38,802 bases of DNA from Pseudolabrys sp. (GTDB taxonomy: Bacteria; Pseudomonadota; Alphaproteobacteria; Rhizobiales; Xanthobacteraceae), in the NCBI GenBank assembly GCA_035703125.1, contig DASSYU010000437.1:1-38802 (forward strand). The letters are read 5' to 3'. This document shows, one piece after another, positions 18,318 to 29,341 of this stretch. The notes under the pieces were generated by a model that saw only the letters and a program-made list of their open reading frames with translations, had not been told where the DNA came from and did not search any database. The position numbers were made by a program, and so were the translations under genes. The first letter of the stretch is position 1. Each line of letters begins with the position of its first letter.

Positions 18318-20016
18318 CTATGCGCTCAGCCGCTCGAAGAACTGATCGACCTGGGCGCGAATGCGACTCGCAGCACCGCCGAGATCATCCGCCACCGCCT
18401 TGACCGCTGCGGCGCTCGAGCGCGTGTCCTGCGTGGCCGCTCCCATAATGTTGACTTCCTTGGCCGTCTCCACGGTGCGTCTCGCGGCGATCTCGACACC
18501 GCGTGCGATTTCCTGCGTAGCAGCACCCTGCTCCGTCACGGCGGCCGCAATCGCGCTGCTGATATTGCCGATCTCGCGGATCGTCTGTTCGATGCCGGTG
18601 ATCGCGGCAATCGAGCGCTGTGTCGCGCGTTGCATGCCTGCGATCTGAGCGCCGATTTCCTCTGTGGCGCGGCTTGTCTGCCCGGAGAGCGCTTTCACCT
18701 CGCCGGCAACGACGGCGAAGCCGCGACCCGCCTCTCCGGCACGCGCCGCCTCAATCGTAGCATTGAGTGCAAGCAGGTTCGTCTGCTCGGCAATATCCGT
18801 GATGAGCTTGACGACATCTCCAATACGCGCGGCCGCTTCATCAAGCTCTTTGACTGCGAGGTTCGTCGATTCGACCTCGTTCACGGCTTTGGTTGCGATC
18901 GCATTGGACTGTGCAACCTGCCTGTCGATCTCGTTCACCGAGGCGGACAACTCGTCGGCCGCTGAGGCGATGTCCCGCACATTGCTGCTGGCTTCCGACG
19001 AGGCTTCTTCGGCGCGCGACGTCTTGCTCAGGGCGTTGTCCGCTGCGGCCGCCAGCTGTGTCGATGCTGCGAGCATCTCGTCGGAAATACGGCCGAGCTC
19101 GGCCAGTGTAGCTTCGACCTCTGCCGAGAAGTGAGAGATCTCGCTAGACATTTTCTCTTGCCGGCGGGTGCGGAAATCGGCGTCGCTGCGCACTGTACGA
19201 GTGAGTTCCTCATTGCTGCGCATGGCGTTCTGAAAGACGCCGATCGACTTCGCCAGCGCGCCGATTTCGTCGGAGCGGTTGCTGAACGGTATCGCGATCG
19301 AGCCGTCGCCGGCCGCGACGGCCTGTGTGACGTTCGTTATTTCAGTGATCGGCTTTATTACGCTGCGCGCTATCGTCAGTGCCCCCGCTATTGCAAGGAT
19401 AACCGCAAAGCAGGCCAGCACACTGAGCAGCATCGCCGTTCGATCGATGCCCTCATCGATCCGGGGTATAGATCTGACTCGCCCGGTCGGAATAGTGCTG
19501 ACTTAGCTTCTCGAGATCCTTGCTCAGCTCGGCACGGACCTGCGTCGGTAGATTCTTTTCGGCCCATTCGCGTGCAGCCTGTGGCCCGGATTGCTTGGCG
19601 AGCGGCGCCAATTTGTATAGTGCATCCTGATAACCGGTAATACGGACGGCAAAATTACTGAACGCCAAGGCGTCGTTATTGCGGACGCTGCGCTGCCAAT
19701 CACCGATGACAGAGCTGATTTGATCGGTGACCTTCACCAGCGAGTCGGCATATTTCGCGGCCTCGGCGTGATCCGAAGACATATAGATTCCACGCGTCTC
19801 CATCGTGCTCGCATAAATTAGCCCGTTGATCCGCTCGACGTTCCAGCTGCCCGCATTGGCGGACTCAAATTCTTCCGTCAGCGCTGCATGACGATGGGCG
19901 TTCGACACCGCGACCATCGACAGCGCCACGGTAGTGGCGGCCACTAGCGCAAAGATCGTATAGAGTCGCGCCGCAATCGAAAGCTTGGGCAGATTCACCA
20001 GTCGGCCCCCGGCCAT
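18318..20016 (-). pseudogene. Methyl-accepting chemotaxis protein with a +1 frameshift (pseudogene or sequencing error)
   Basis: 5' ORF 20016-19453 gives TM1 plus a sensor domain. 3' ORF 19433-18318 gives TM2, HAMP (DEIGALA) and the signalling domain ([34 protein letters not shown]). Total 1699 nt = 3n+1; removing one base from GGGG 19463-19466 fuses them. Confidence 0.9.
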
Positions 20017-20082
20017 GCAAGACGTCCCGAAGCCGCTATACTGCGGATAATTTGTTAACGCTTTGTTCGCCTGTAGGTAGTC

Positions 20083-21033
20083 ATGAGCCTGAAAATCGCC
20101 GTTCAAATGGATCCGATCCAACGGATCAACATCAAAGGCGACTCGACATTCGCCTTGCTCCTGGAAGCCCAAAAACGCGGCCACAAGCTGGCTTATTACA
20201 CGCCTGACCGGCTCGCTTTGCTCAATGGACGGGTTTTCGCACAGATCGAGTCACTCAGCGTACGCGATATTGCAGGCGACCATTTCGCCTTGGGTGAGCC
20301 GCGGCGCACCGAGCTCGCGGAATTTGACGTGGTGCTGCTGCGCCAGGACCCCCCATTCGACCTCGCCTATGTCACAACGACCCACGTGCTCGAACGCATC
20401 CATCCCAAGACGCTGGTAATCAATGATCCGGCAAGTGTGCGCAATGCACCCGAAAAGATGTTCGTCACTGAGTTTCCGGACCTGATGCCCCCAACACTGG
20501 TCTCGCGCGACCTCGCCGAGATCAAAGCGTTCCGCGCTGAACATGGCGACATCGTCATAAAGCCGCTCTACGGCAAAGGCGGCGAAGCCGTATTTCGGAT
20601 CGCGCGCGAGGATCTCAACTTCGGCTCGCTGTTCGACCTGTTCACGGCGACCTTTCGCGAGCAATGGGTCGTGCAGAAGTTTTTGCCGAACATCAAAAAC
20701 GGCGACAAACGGATCATACTGGTCGATGGGGAATATGCCGGGGCCGTAAATCGGATACCGGCGGCGGACGATCTGCGCTCCAACATGGTTCGAGGGGGCG
20801 TGCCGGCCGCCACCGAACTGACGAAACGCGAGGCTGAGATCTGCAAGCGGATCGGCCCGGCTCTGCGTGATCGCGGGCTGCTCTTTGTCGGCATCGACGT
20901 GATCGATGGTTTTCTCACCGAGATCAACGTCACCTCGCCGACCGGAATCCGCGCCATAAAGAATCTCGGCGGTCCCGATGTGGCAGCGCTGATCTGGGAG
21001 AAGATCGAGGCGAAGCGGCGCGCAAAATCATGA
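20083..21033 (+). CDS. gshB: Glutathione synthetase
   Basis: [43 protein letters not shown]. Confidence 0.98.
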   Translation: MSLKIAVQMDPIQRINIKGDSTFALLLEAQKRGHKLAYYTPDRLALLNGRVFAQIESLSVRDIAGDHFALGEPRRTELAEFDVVLLRQDPPFDLAYVTTTHVLERIHPKTLVINDPASVRNAPEKMFVTEFPDLMPPTLVSRDLAEIKAFRAEHGDIVIKPLYGKGGEAVFRIAREDLNFGSLFDLFTATFREQWVVQKFLPNIKNGDKRIILVDGEYAGAVNRIPAADDLRSNMVRGGVPAATELTKREAEICKRIGPALRDRGLLFVGIDVIDGFLTEINVTSPTGIRAIKNLGGPDVAALIWEKIEAKRRAKS

Positions 21034-22016
21034 GCGTCGCGCTCACCATCGCAACAACCGACTACGATCACTTTCGCGATTTTCGTTTTGGGCTGGTGCG
21101 CGCCGAAGGGATCGAAGTCAATTGGCTCACGCTCGGGCACCACGAAATTTTTTCGCGTTTCACCTTTAATCGCGAATGGGACATATCCGAGCTTTCGTTC
21201 GCCAAATTCTCGGCGCAGGTGACGCGCAAAGATTCCGACATCATCGGTTTGCCGGTTTATGCCTCACGTCTGTTTCGTTTTGCTTCGTTTTACGTGAACC
21301 GCAAGGCCGGCATTAAAACGGCAATGGATTTGCGCGGCAAACGCGTGGGCGTTCCCGAATGGGCGCACACGGCCGCCGTCTATATGCGCGGCTGGCTGAT
21401 GCACGAGGCCGGTGTCGGGCTGTCCGACATCGACTGGATACAAGCCGGTACCAACGAAGCCGGCCGCATCGAGAAGGTTGAGTTGTCGCTACCCAAAGGC
21501 GTGCGGCTTACCAGCATGCCGGAGAAGACGCTCAGCGGCATGATCGCCTCCGGCGAACTAGACTGCGTCATCATTGCGCGTCCGCCGAATTCGTTCCGTG
21601 AGAAACACCCGGACGTGGTGCGTCTTTTTCCCGATTATGAATCCGAGGAACGGCGCTACTACGAGGAGACCCGCGTCTATCCGATCATGCATGTCATCGC
21701 GATGCGCAAGGCGATACTCGACGGAAGGCCGTGGGTCGCGCGCAATTTGTACAACGCATTTGAAGAATCAAAACGGCGCAGCCTCGAGCGCATTCTCGAC
21801 CCGGCCGTCTCTCGCTACCCGGTACCGTGGCTGACGGCCTATACCGCCCGCATGCAACAGATCTTTGGCGGCGACACGTTCCCCTACGGAATAGAGCCAA
21901 ACCGGCCTACCTTGGAGTTGTTCCTGCGCTACGCACACGAGCAGGGCATCGCGCATCGTCTCGAGAAGCCGGATGATATTTTCCCTGCCGGTATCATGGC
22001 CTCGGTGAAAGTCTGA
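21030..22016 (+). CDS. 4,5-dihydroxyphthalate decarboxylase-like protein (periplasmic-binding type II fold, no signal peptide)
   Basis: [53 protein letters not shown]; ATGA overlap with gshB. Confidence 0.8.
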   Translation: MSVALTIATTDYDHFRDFRFGLVRAEGIEVNWLTLGHHEIFSRFTFNREWDISELSFAKFSAQVTRKDSDIIGLPVYASRLFRFASFYVNRKAGIKTAMDLRGKRVGVPEWAHTAAVYMRGWLMHEAGVGLSDIDWIQAGTNEAGRIEKVELSLPKGVRLTSMPEKTLSGMIASGELDCVIIARPPNSFREKHPDVVRLFPDYESEERRYYEETRVYPIMHVIAMRKAILDGRPWVARNLYNAFEESKRRSLERILDPAVSRYPVPWLTAYTARMQQIFGGDTFPYGIEPNRPTLELFLRYAHEQGIAHRLEKPDDIFPAGIMASVKV

Positions 22017-22985
22017 CTACTTAGTGGCGCGCTTGGCCGCCTCAGCGCGGATGTCCGGTGCCGTCATCGTCGTAAGGTCGAAGGGCGCCTTGAGATTGCC
22101 GGCCTTTACCAGCTCGTTCTGCATCCAGTTCAGCTTGTCGATCGGCAACGTCATCGACGGATCGATGGCATGGCGATTGATCGCGTCGTCAAAAGCGTAT
22201 GCAGGACGCGGATCATCCGGTTTGGCGTGAATTGCTGATTGCGTGAGTCTGATCGTCTCGTCACGATGGCTGACGGCAAATTTGAGCGCCTCCATCTGCG
22301 CAGCAATAAAGCCGATTGCATCGGCTCGCCTTGCTGCAATTGTCTTGCCGGTCATGCTCAGGCACAGCCGTACATAATTCGGCAGCACATCGTGGCCATA
22401 GACCAGCATTTTCACCTCTTTCGGCGCGACCGCCATGAATTCAGCTGCGACGATCCCAGCGTCGGCAACACCGGCCGTGACGGCCTTGTATCGATCGAGG
22501 TCGCCACCGAGATTGGCAAAACGCACATCGGACGCGGGCACCTTGTGCTGCTCGAGAATGGCGTTGATGAGGAGGTTCGGCAGCGATCCCGGGGCTGCCA
22601 CCGCAATCGTTTTGCCCTTGAGATCTTCGACCTTGGTGATCGTTGATTTCACCATCAGTCCATGCGGTACACCCGGCCAGTCGCACCCGATGATCTTGAT
22701 GTCCGCACCGCGTGCGCCCGCAAGAATTGCAGCACCCGGGCTCGACTCGATGCTGTCGACCTCACCGGCCAGTAGGGCCCTGTGCGCGAGCGCGCCGTTC
22801 TTCATCGGGACGATTTCAAGCCTGAGGCCATGCCCCGACGCAAAGTCGCGCTCGCCAACCATGAGCATGAAGCCGGCATCGCCCTTCGGCTCGATCACCA
22901 CGTGTTTCCACGGCTTCAGCTCCGCCGCTGATGCGGAAGCCCCGAGTACAGCCATGGCGAAGGCCACAAAATATCGAGCCATCAT
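22017..22985 (-). CDS. ABC transporter substrate-binding protein, SsuA/TauA/NMT1-like
   Basis: Signal peptide (…GASASA/AE), ALLAGEVD, EDLKGKTIAV..PGS. No permease or ATPase nearby. Confidence 0.85.
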   Translation of the reverse strand: MMARYFVAFAMAVLGASASAAELKPWKHVVIEPKGDAGFMLMVGERDFASGHGLRLEIVPMKNGALAHRALLAGEVDSIESSPGAAILAGARGADIKIIGCDWPGVPHGLMVKSTITKVEDLKGKTIAVAAPGSLPNLLINAILEQHKVPASDVRFANLGGDLDRYKAVTAGVADAGIVAAEFMAVAPKEVKMLVYGHDVLPNYVRLCLSMTGKTIAARRADAIGFIAAQMEALKFAVSHRDETIRLTQSAIHAKPDDPRPAYAFDDAINRHAIDPSMTLPIDKLNWMQNELVKAGNLKAPFDLTTMTAPDIRAEAAKRATK

Positions 22986-23128
22986 CGTCGATCCTCCTAT
23001 TTTTCTTTTGAACCATGATCATCGGCCAAACGGCTGAGATCAATCCGTGTCGTGACTGATCCGGAATTCTTGCTTCAGTATCCCGCTTCCGATACTACTT
23101 TCACGAGTATCCGGAAATACGAGGTTGC

Positions 23129-24667
23129 ATGATCCGGCGAGTGGCGACCGTTGCATTCGAGGGCATCGAGGCGCGCGCTGTCGACGTGCAGGTGCAGGTC
23201 GCACCAGGGTTGCCCGCTTTCAATATCGTCGGACTTCCGGACAAGGCCGTATCTGAAGCCAAGGAGCGCGTCCGCGCCGCATTGATCGCGTCCGGCCTCG
23301 CACTGCCGGCACGCCGCATCACCGTCAATCTCGCTCCCGCAGATCTGCCGAAGGAAGGCAGCCACTATGATCTTCCCATCGCGCTCGGGCTGATGGGGGC
23401 AATCGGCGCCATTCCGCATGACGCGCTGAGCGGATTCACGGTGCTGGGCGAACTTGCACTGGATGGCTCGATCGCTCCCGTCGCGGGCGTGCTGCCCGCA
23501 GCAATCGGCGCAAACGGACGCGGTCAAGGCCTGATTTGCCCAGGCGCCTGCGGATCCGAGGCGGCCTGGGCAAGCCCCGAGATCGAGATCATTGCCGCGC
23601 ATTCGCTGATCCAGCTCGCCAACCATTTCAAGGGCACGCAGGTACTCACGCGCCCACACCCGAAAATTCACGAGCGTGAAAATGCGTCGATCGACCTTTC
23701 GGATATCAAGGGACAAGAAAGCGCAAAGCGTGCGCTCGAGGTCGCTGCCGCTGGCGGTCATAACTTGCTTATGATCGGTCCGCCCGGCGCCGGAAAATCG
23801 ATGCTGGCCGCGCGGCTGCCAACGATATTGCCTCCGCTGTCGCCTGCCGAGTTGCTCGAAGTCTCGATGATTGCATCGATCGCGGGCGTGATCGAAGACG
23901 GCGCACTGACGAATCGCCGGCCATTTCGTTCGCCGCATCATTCCGCATCAATGCCGGCGCTTGTCGGCGGCGGCCTGCGGGCACGGCCGGGTGAAATCTC
24001 GCTTTCCCACAATGGCGTTCTTTTTCTCGACGAGCTGCCGGAGTTTTCCGGCCAAGTGCTCGACTCGTTGCGTCAGCCGCTTGAGACCGGAGAAGTTGCA
24101 ATCGCGCGCGCCAACCATCGCATCACATATCCGGCACGCTTCATGTTGGTGGCGGCAATGAATCCCTGTCGATGCGGACGTGCGAGCGATCCCGGCTTTT
24201 TCTGCAAGCGCGGAGCAAACGAGCGCTGCGCCGCCGAATATCAGGGCCGTCTCTCGGGCCCACTGCTCGACCGCATCGACTTGCATATCGAAGTACCTGG
24301 CGTCACGGCCGCAGATTTAATTTTGCCGGCGCCGGCCGAAGGCAGCCGTGAAGTCGCCGCGCGCGTGGCTCGGGCGCGGGATATCCAAGCCGCACGCTAC
24401 TCCACATTGGGCCTGGAAAATGTCCGGACGAATTCGCAGGTAAGCGGGCCCGTGTTGGAACAGGTTGCCCGCGCCGATCCTGCTGGATTGACGCTTCTGC
24501 GCGACGCAGCAGATTCGATGCGCTTGTCGGCGCGCGGCTATCATCGGGTGTTGCGAGTAGCGCGAACGCTCGCCGATCTGGACGCAGCCGAATCAGTCGG
24601 CCGTGCACATCTTGCCGAGGCATTGTCCTATCGGGCGCTTGTGGACGATGCGCGCCGTGCCGCGTAG
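23129..24667 (+). CDS. comM: ComM/YifB Mg-chelatase-like AAA+ ATPase (helicase)
   Basis: IVGLPDKAVSE, NLAPADLPKEGSHYDL, Walker A GPPGAGKS, LFLDELPEF, AAMNPC.CG, SGPLLDRID, LSARGYHRVLRVARTLADL. Confidence 0.95.
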   Translation: MIRRVATVAFEGIEARAVDVQVQVAPGLPAFNIVGLPDKAVSEAKERVRAALIASGLALPARRITVNLAPADLPKEGSHYDLPIALGLMGAIGAIPHDALSGFTVLGELALDGSIAPVAGVLPAAIGANGRGQGLICPGACGSEAAWASPEIEIIAAHSLIQLANHFKGTQVLTRPHPKIHERENASIDLSDIKGQESAKRALEVAAAGGHNLLMIGPPGAGKSMLAARLPTILPPLSPAELLEVSMIASIAGVIEDGALTNRRPFRSPHHSASMPALVGGGLRARPGEISLSHNGVLFLDELPEFSGQVLDSLRQPLETGEVAIARANHRITYPARFMLVAAMNPCRCGRASDPGFFCKRGANERCAAEYQGRLSGPLLDRIDLHIEVPGVTAADLILPAPAEGSREVAARVARARDIQAARYSTLGLENVRTNSQVSGPVLEQVARADPAGLTLLRDAADSMRLSARGYHRVLRVARTLADLDAAESVGRAHLAEALSYRALVDDARRAA

Positions 24668-24700
24668 TTCATCCCGTTGTCGGCGCACGAACGTGCGCCA

Positions 24701-24759
24701 TTAATAATGCATTTACCACGTTCACGCGAACGGTAGGCACGCGGTTAATTGAGAATAAA
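24701..24759. promoter_or_regulatory. Two near-consensus CtrA boxes upstream of the hybrid kinase
   Basis: TTAA-N7-TTTAC (24701-24716, +) and TTTA-N7-TTAAC (24759-24744, -), one mismatch each. Confidence 0.5.
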
Positions 24760-24840
24760 TTTGCAACGTTCCCGGCGCCAAATGGCTTCCGACCGCGGGC
24801 ACTCGACACTTCCGATCGCGAACCCCGCGACGCTGGGACC

Positions 24841-26925
24841 ATGCAGGGCGCGGGAATCCATATCGCCAGCTACGTTTTCGCCGCCGGCGCCCTGCTCACC
24901 GGCATCTTCGCGACATTTATCGTCACTCGGTATCGCGCGGCCAAAAACCGGCAGCGCATGCTGGAAGAACAAATCGAAGATCTGTCGGACCGCCTCTGGG
25001 AGGTGCGTGAAGCGGAAGAGCGCGCGCGCAGCCTGCTGGAGGCGCAAGGCGACATTATCGTCCGGCGCGACAGTTCGGGCCGGATCACTTATGCAAATGA
25101 TGCTTTCTGCGAGCTTGCTGGCAAGTCGCGTGAGGTTCTGATTGGTAGCGCAACGGAGCTGCCTGTTCGTGACCGTGGTGCCGTTATCGTCCAGCCCGAC
25201 GGGACCCGGATACACGACGAAAAGGTTGAATTTGATCACGGTGTACGCTGGATATCCTGGCGAGAGGTCTCCATACGCAGCGACAGCGGAACGGAAGTTC
25301 AGGGCGTCGGGCGGGACGTTACAAATCGCGTGGAGGCTGAACAGGTGCTCACGCTTGCACGCGATCAAGCCGAAGCTGCCAGCCGGACCAAATCACGCTT
25401 CCTCGCCACCGTCAGTCATGAGATTCGCACGCCACTCAACGGCATGCTTGGCATGGCCGACTTGCTGCTCGACACGCCGCTGACACCTGAGCAGGTGACA
25501 TACACGAAAGCTGCAAAAACCTCCGGTGAGACGTTACTGACATTGATTGAGGAAATTCTCGACTTCTCAAAAATTGAAGCCGGCAGACTCGATATTGAAT
25601 CGCGCCCATTTGCACTCGCATCCATGATCGAGGAATCTGTCGAGCTAATGGCTCCGCGTGCCCAAGCAAAAGGAATCGAAATCGTTTCCTATGTCGACGA
25701 GCGCGTTCCGACAAACGTAATCGGCGATGTTGCCCGTCTGCGTCAGGTTCTGCTTAACCTGCTTGGCAACGCGGTGAAGTTTACCGAAAACGGCGGCATC
25801 GGAGTCGTTGTTGAGTCAGGAGATCGCGAAAACGAGATTCGTATTGAGGTTCGCGATACCGGCATCGGAATAAGCCAAGACGATCTACCGCGTATTTTTC
25901 ATGATTTCGAGCAGGCCGACGGCTCCCCGACGCGAAAATACGGCGGCACCGGCCTGGGGCTTGCAATCTCCAAGCGTATCATCGAGCGCATGAACGGGTG
26001 CATCGATGTTACGAGCCAACTCGGTGTCGGTTCGACCTTCAGCATCAGCGTACAGCTATTGCCGGTGGACACAGAGGAACCAACGGTCGTCGCCCCTGAA
26101 CTCAATCGCTCGGCCGTCATGATCGTTGCGACAGCGGAAATCGAGGCATCATTGCTCGCACGCCGGCTTGGGCGATGGGGCGCCAGCACCTGCGCGGTGA
26201 TCGACGAGAAGATTGCCGCGGCCCTGCTGCCGGAACGGCCGTGGGATGCACTGCTTATTGATTATCCGCTCGCGCGAGCCATGACGGAGAACTGCGACCT
26301 CACCAGGCTCCATATACCCAAGCGCATCGCAATGATCCGACCGAGCGAGCGCCATGAGTTGCAGGCGCTGAAAGCAGCCGGCTTCACCGGCTACCTCGTC
26401 AAGCCGGTGCGTGCCGCATCGCTGGCGGCGCGTCTTGCCGTCACTGACACGTTCGAGCATTCGGCAAGCGAAGTCGCCGCCGAAGCAGCCGACGCCTCGT
26501 CTCGCCCAGTCAAAGGTTTGTCGATCCTGGTTGCCGAAGACAACGAAATTAATGCGCTGCTGGCGCGCGCGCTCCTCACGCGACTAGGCCACCGTCCTAT
26601 CATCGCCGTGAATGGTGAGGCAGCCGTTGAGTCTTGGCTGGCAGCCCGTGCATCCGGCTGCCGATACGATCTTGTGCTGATGGACCTGCAGATGCCGGGT
26701 ATCGATGGATTGGAAGCCGCGCGCCGGATCCGTGCAGCTGAGGCTCAAGCGAGCGACTCCCCCACGCGCATGATTGCGTTGACTGCCAACGCCCAAACGG
26801 AGGATCGCGAATCAATTTTCAATGCTGGCCTCGACGGGCTGTTGCTCAAGCCGCTTGATCGTGAACGGTTGCGCGAAATCCTCGATACCGCTTGCGGACC
26901 CGGTACCAACCCGCTTGCGGCGTGA
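24841..26925 (+). CDS. Hybrid sensor histidine kinase (TM-PAS-HisKA-HATPase-pseudoREC-REC), ShkA-like
   Basis: N-terminal TM helix, PAS, H-box [16 protein letters not shown] box [10 protein letters not shown] boxes DTGIG and GGTGLGL, a degenerate receiver ending GYLVKPVR, and a canonical receiver (AEDN...LMDLQMP...LTAN...KP). Confidence 0.93.
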   Translation: MQGAGIHIASYVFAAGALLTGIFATFIVTRYRAAKNRQRMLEEQIEDLSDRLWEVREAEERARSLLEAQGDIIVRRDSSGRITYANDAFCELAGKSREVLIGSATELPVRDRGAVIVQPDGTRIHDEKVEFDHGVRWISWREVSIRSDSGTEVQGVGRDVTNRVEAEQVLTLARDQAEAASRTKSRFLATVSHEIRTPLNGMLGMADLLLDTPLTPEQVTYTKAAKTSGETLLTLIEEILDFSKIEAGRLDIESRPFALASMIEESVELMAPRAQAKGIEIVSYVDERVPTNVIGDVARLRQVLLNLLGNAVKFTENGGIGVVVESGDRENEIRIEVRDTGIGISQDDLPRIFHDFEQADGSPTRKYGGTGLGLAISKRIIERMNGCIDVTSQLGVGSTFSISVQLLPVDTEEPTVVAPELNRSAVMIVATAEIEASLLARRLGRWGASTCAVIDEKIAAALLPERPWDALLIDYPLARAMTENCDLTRLHIPKRIAMIRPSERHELQALKAAGFTGYLVKPVRAASLAARLAVTDTFEHSASEVAAEAADASSRPVKGLSILVAEDNEINALLARALLTRLGHRPIIAVNGEAAVESWLAARASGCRYDLVLMDLQMPGIDGLEAARRIRAAEAQASDSPTRMIALTANAQTEDRESIFNAGLDGLLLKPLDRERLREILDTACGPGTNPLAA

Positions 26926-27057
26926 CGCCGGCTTCCCCACATTGTCATAATTCCGTGTCCGGCCCGTGGTGTAGGGGTATCACGCGTTACCAATACGATT
27001 CGGGCGTCCGGATTTCACAGTCAAAGTCGCCGAGCAAACCTAAATACAGGATCGTGA

Positions 27058-28014
27058 ATGCTTATGGCCATTCCCGCCCCCTTTCAGCCGCCACGCAGCC
27101 TGTCCGAGCGCCTGCGGCCGACCCCGGCAAGCCCCGGCATACCGCGACTTATTTCGTCATTGCAGGCGTACGGCGGCCTACGCGCATCGGCGACGCGCGG
27201 TCACCGGCCTTCGCGGCCAATGGGCCGGATCGGCACATTGGAAGTACGGCTGGCCCAGACTGCCGCGGAGGTACGTCAGGCTCAAAAAATTCGCTACCAG
27301 GTTTTCTATCAGGAGGGGTCCGCGGTTCCCAATCCCACTCGACTCCTCGCACGGCGCGACATCGATGGGTACGACGCAATATGTGACCACCTGCTCGTGG
27401 TTGATCATGCCACGCGCGACCATAGTGCACTGAACCGGCCAGCCGTGGTCGGCACCTACAGGCTGCTGCGCCAACCCTTTGCCGAGGAGTATGGCGGATT
27501 CTACACCGCCGGCGAGTTTGACATTAGCGCTCTCATCGCGCGTCACAACGGCCTGCAATTCCTCGAGCTCGGCCGCTCCTGTGTGCTTTCGCATTACCGC
27601 AACAAACGCACGGTCGAACTTCTCTGGCACGGTATTCACGCCTACATCTTGCAAAACCGATGCGATGTAATGTTCGGATGCGCGAGCCTCGATGGCACCG
27701 ATCCGAAGCAGCTGGCGCTTCCGCTGTCGTTTCTTCATCACTATGCCTGCGCGCCAGAGTCATGGCGTGCGACGGCGCTGCCCGAGCGTTACGTTGAGAT
27801 GAATCGGGTGTCGAAAGAGGCGATCGATCCGAAAGCGGCGCTGCGCGCGCTTCCTCCGTTGATCAAAGGGTACTTGCGGCTTGGCGCCTATATCGGCGAC
27901 GGTGCGGTGATTGACTACGAATTCGGCACCACGGATGTGCTGATCGTTCTGCCCGTATCGGCGATCAAGCAACGCTATCTGGAGCATTTTGATCTTAGCC
28001 ATCGCGCGGCCTGA
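27058..28014 (+). CDS. olsB: GNAT-family N-acyltransferase, ornithine-lipid synthesis OlsB-like
   Basis: RYQVFYQE, D.YDAICDHLLV, VVGTYRL, LELGRSCV, LWHGI, FGCAS, LPPLIKGYLRLGA. Confidence 0.8.
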   Translation: MLMAIPAPFQPPRSLSERLRPTPASPGIPRLISSLQAYGGLRASATRGHRPSRPMGRIGTLEVRLAQTAAEVRQAQKIRYQVFYQEGSAVPNPTRLLARRDIDGYDAICDHLLVVDHATRDHSALNRPAVVGTYRLLRQPFAEEYGGFYTAGEFDISALIARHNGLQFLELGRSCVLSHYRNKRTVELLWHGIHAYILQNRCDVMFGCASLDGTDPKQLALPLSFLHHYACAPESWRATALPERYVEMNRVSKEAIDPKAALRALPPLIKGYLRLGAYIGDGAVIDYEFGTTDVLIVLPVSAIKQRYLEHFDLSHRAA

Positions 28015-28968
28015 TCAAAGCTTCCTCAGCGAGACCTCTTCGACAAGGTGGCTCTCGCTCTTCTTCAAAATAAGATCCGCGCGTTGCCGCGTCGGCAGAA
28101 TATTTTCGTGCAGGTTGACGAGATTGATGCGCGACCAAATCGATGACGCCGTTTCGGTCGCCTCTTTGTCCGACAGATTTGAATAGCGGTGGAAATAGGA
28201 TTTCGGATCACGAAACGCGGTACTGCGCAACGTCAAAAAGCGGTCCACGTACCAGGATTTTAACACAACTTCATCAGCGTCGAGATAAACGGAAAAATCG
28301 AAAAAGTCCGAAACGAACGGAATGGCTTTGCCATCCTTCGGCAGCCGGCCAGTTTGCAGAACGTTGAGACCTTCGACGATGAGAATGTCGGGCCGATCGA
28401 TTTCGATCCACTGGTTGGGTATTACATCGTATACGAGGTGCGAATAGATGGGCGCGCGTGCCGGGCGACGCCCGGCCTTCACGTCGGACAGGAACCGCAG
28501 CAACGCCGGAAGATCGTAGCTTTCGGGAAAGCCTTTCTTTTCCATGAGGCCTTCCCGTTCCAGGACGGCATTCGGAAAAAGAAATCCATCCGTCGTGATG
28601 AGATCGACCTTCGGCACGTTCGGCCAGCGCGCCAGCAGCGCTTGCAGTACCCGAGCTGTCGTTGATTTTCCGACGGCGACCGAACCCGCAACGCCGATGA
28701 CATACGGCATCTTTGTATCTTCTGTTCCAAGAAATCGTTGCTGAGCGACGAACAATCTTTGCGGCGCCGCCACGTACATCGATAAGAGGCGTGAGAGCGG
28801 CAAATAAATTTCCTCAACTTCTTTCATGTCGAGCCGGTCGTGGAGCGAGCGCAGACGCGTGACCTCGTCCGGGGTCAGTGTCATCGGCGTGTCTTTGCGA
28901 AGTGCCGCCCATTCCGCGCGCGAGAAAGTGCGGTAGGGCGAGAGGTTTTGTTCGATGCGCTGTTCCAT
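28015..28968 (-). CDS. coaA: Type I pantothenate kinase
   Basis: [48 protein letters not shown]. Confidence 0.97.
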   Translation of the reverse strand: MEQRIEQNLSPYRTFSRAEWAALRKDTPMTLTPDEVTRLRSLHDRLDMKEVEEIYLPLSRLLSMYVAAPQRLFVAQQRFLGTEDTKMPYVIGVAGSVAVGKSTTARVLQALLARWPNVPKVDLITTDGFLFPNAVLEREGLMEKKGFPESYDLPALLRFLSDVKAGRRPARAPIYSHLVYDVIPNQWIEIDRPDILIVEGLNVLQTGRLPKDGKAIPFVSDFFDFSVYLDADEVVLKSWYVDRFLTLRSTAFRDPKSYFHRYSNLSDKEATETASSIWSRINLVNLHENILPTRQRADLILKKSESHLVEEVSLRKL

Positions 28969-28980
28969 CACAACATCCGA

Positions 28981-29301
28981 TCAGCGTGAGCGCGCGGATT
29001 TTTCCTCGTGCCCGCTCTGCGCCGTCCGTTTCTCGAGCGCCGCCTCGACGTCGGCCAATGTCACGCCGCGCGCTTCCAGCAGCACCAGCAGATGATAAAG
29101 AAGATCGGCCGCTTCGGCAGTAAGCCGGTTGTTGTCCTCCTGCACGGCGGCCAGGCCGGTTTCGATGGCCTCCTCGCCAAGCTTTTTAGCGCAATGAGCT
29201 ACGCCCTTTTCGATCAGGGCGCGCGTATAGGATTCGGATGCGGTTGCCTTGGCGCGCTCATGAACCCGCTTTTCAAGGTCGGCCAACGTGAACTTGCTCA
29301 T
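28981..29301 (-). CDS. hisE: Phosphoribosyl-ATP diphosphatase
   Basis: SYT..L, KKLGEEAIE, EAADLLYHLLV. Confidence 0.96.
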   Translation of the reverse strand: MSKFTLADLEKRVHERAKATASESYTRALIEKGVAHCAKKLGEEAIETGLAAVQEDNNRLTAEAADLLYHLLVLLEARGVTLADVEAALEKRTAQSGHEEKSARSR

Positions 29302-29317
29302 GTGCGGTCCTTTATCA

Positions 29318-29341
29318 CCTCTCCCCGCCTGCGGGGAGAGG
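29318..29341. repeat. REP-like GC-rich palindrome
   Basis: CCTCTCCCCGC-ct-GCGGGGAGAGG, a perfect 11-bp inverted repeat in the hisF-hisE spacer. It resembles the CCCTCTCCC...GGGAGAGGG intergenic repeats of alphaproteobacteria. Confidence 0.7.

Noticed and set aside
20044-20070. TTAAC half-site upstream of the MCP gene (another at 16946-16950)
   Set aside because: Only half of the CtrA consensus, too weak to call.
20017-20184. 5' extension of the 243-aa ORF overlapping gshB
   Set aside because: It is antisense to the gshB start; the receptor plausibly begins at ATG 20016, just before TM1.
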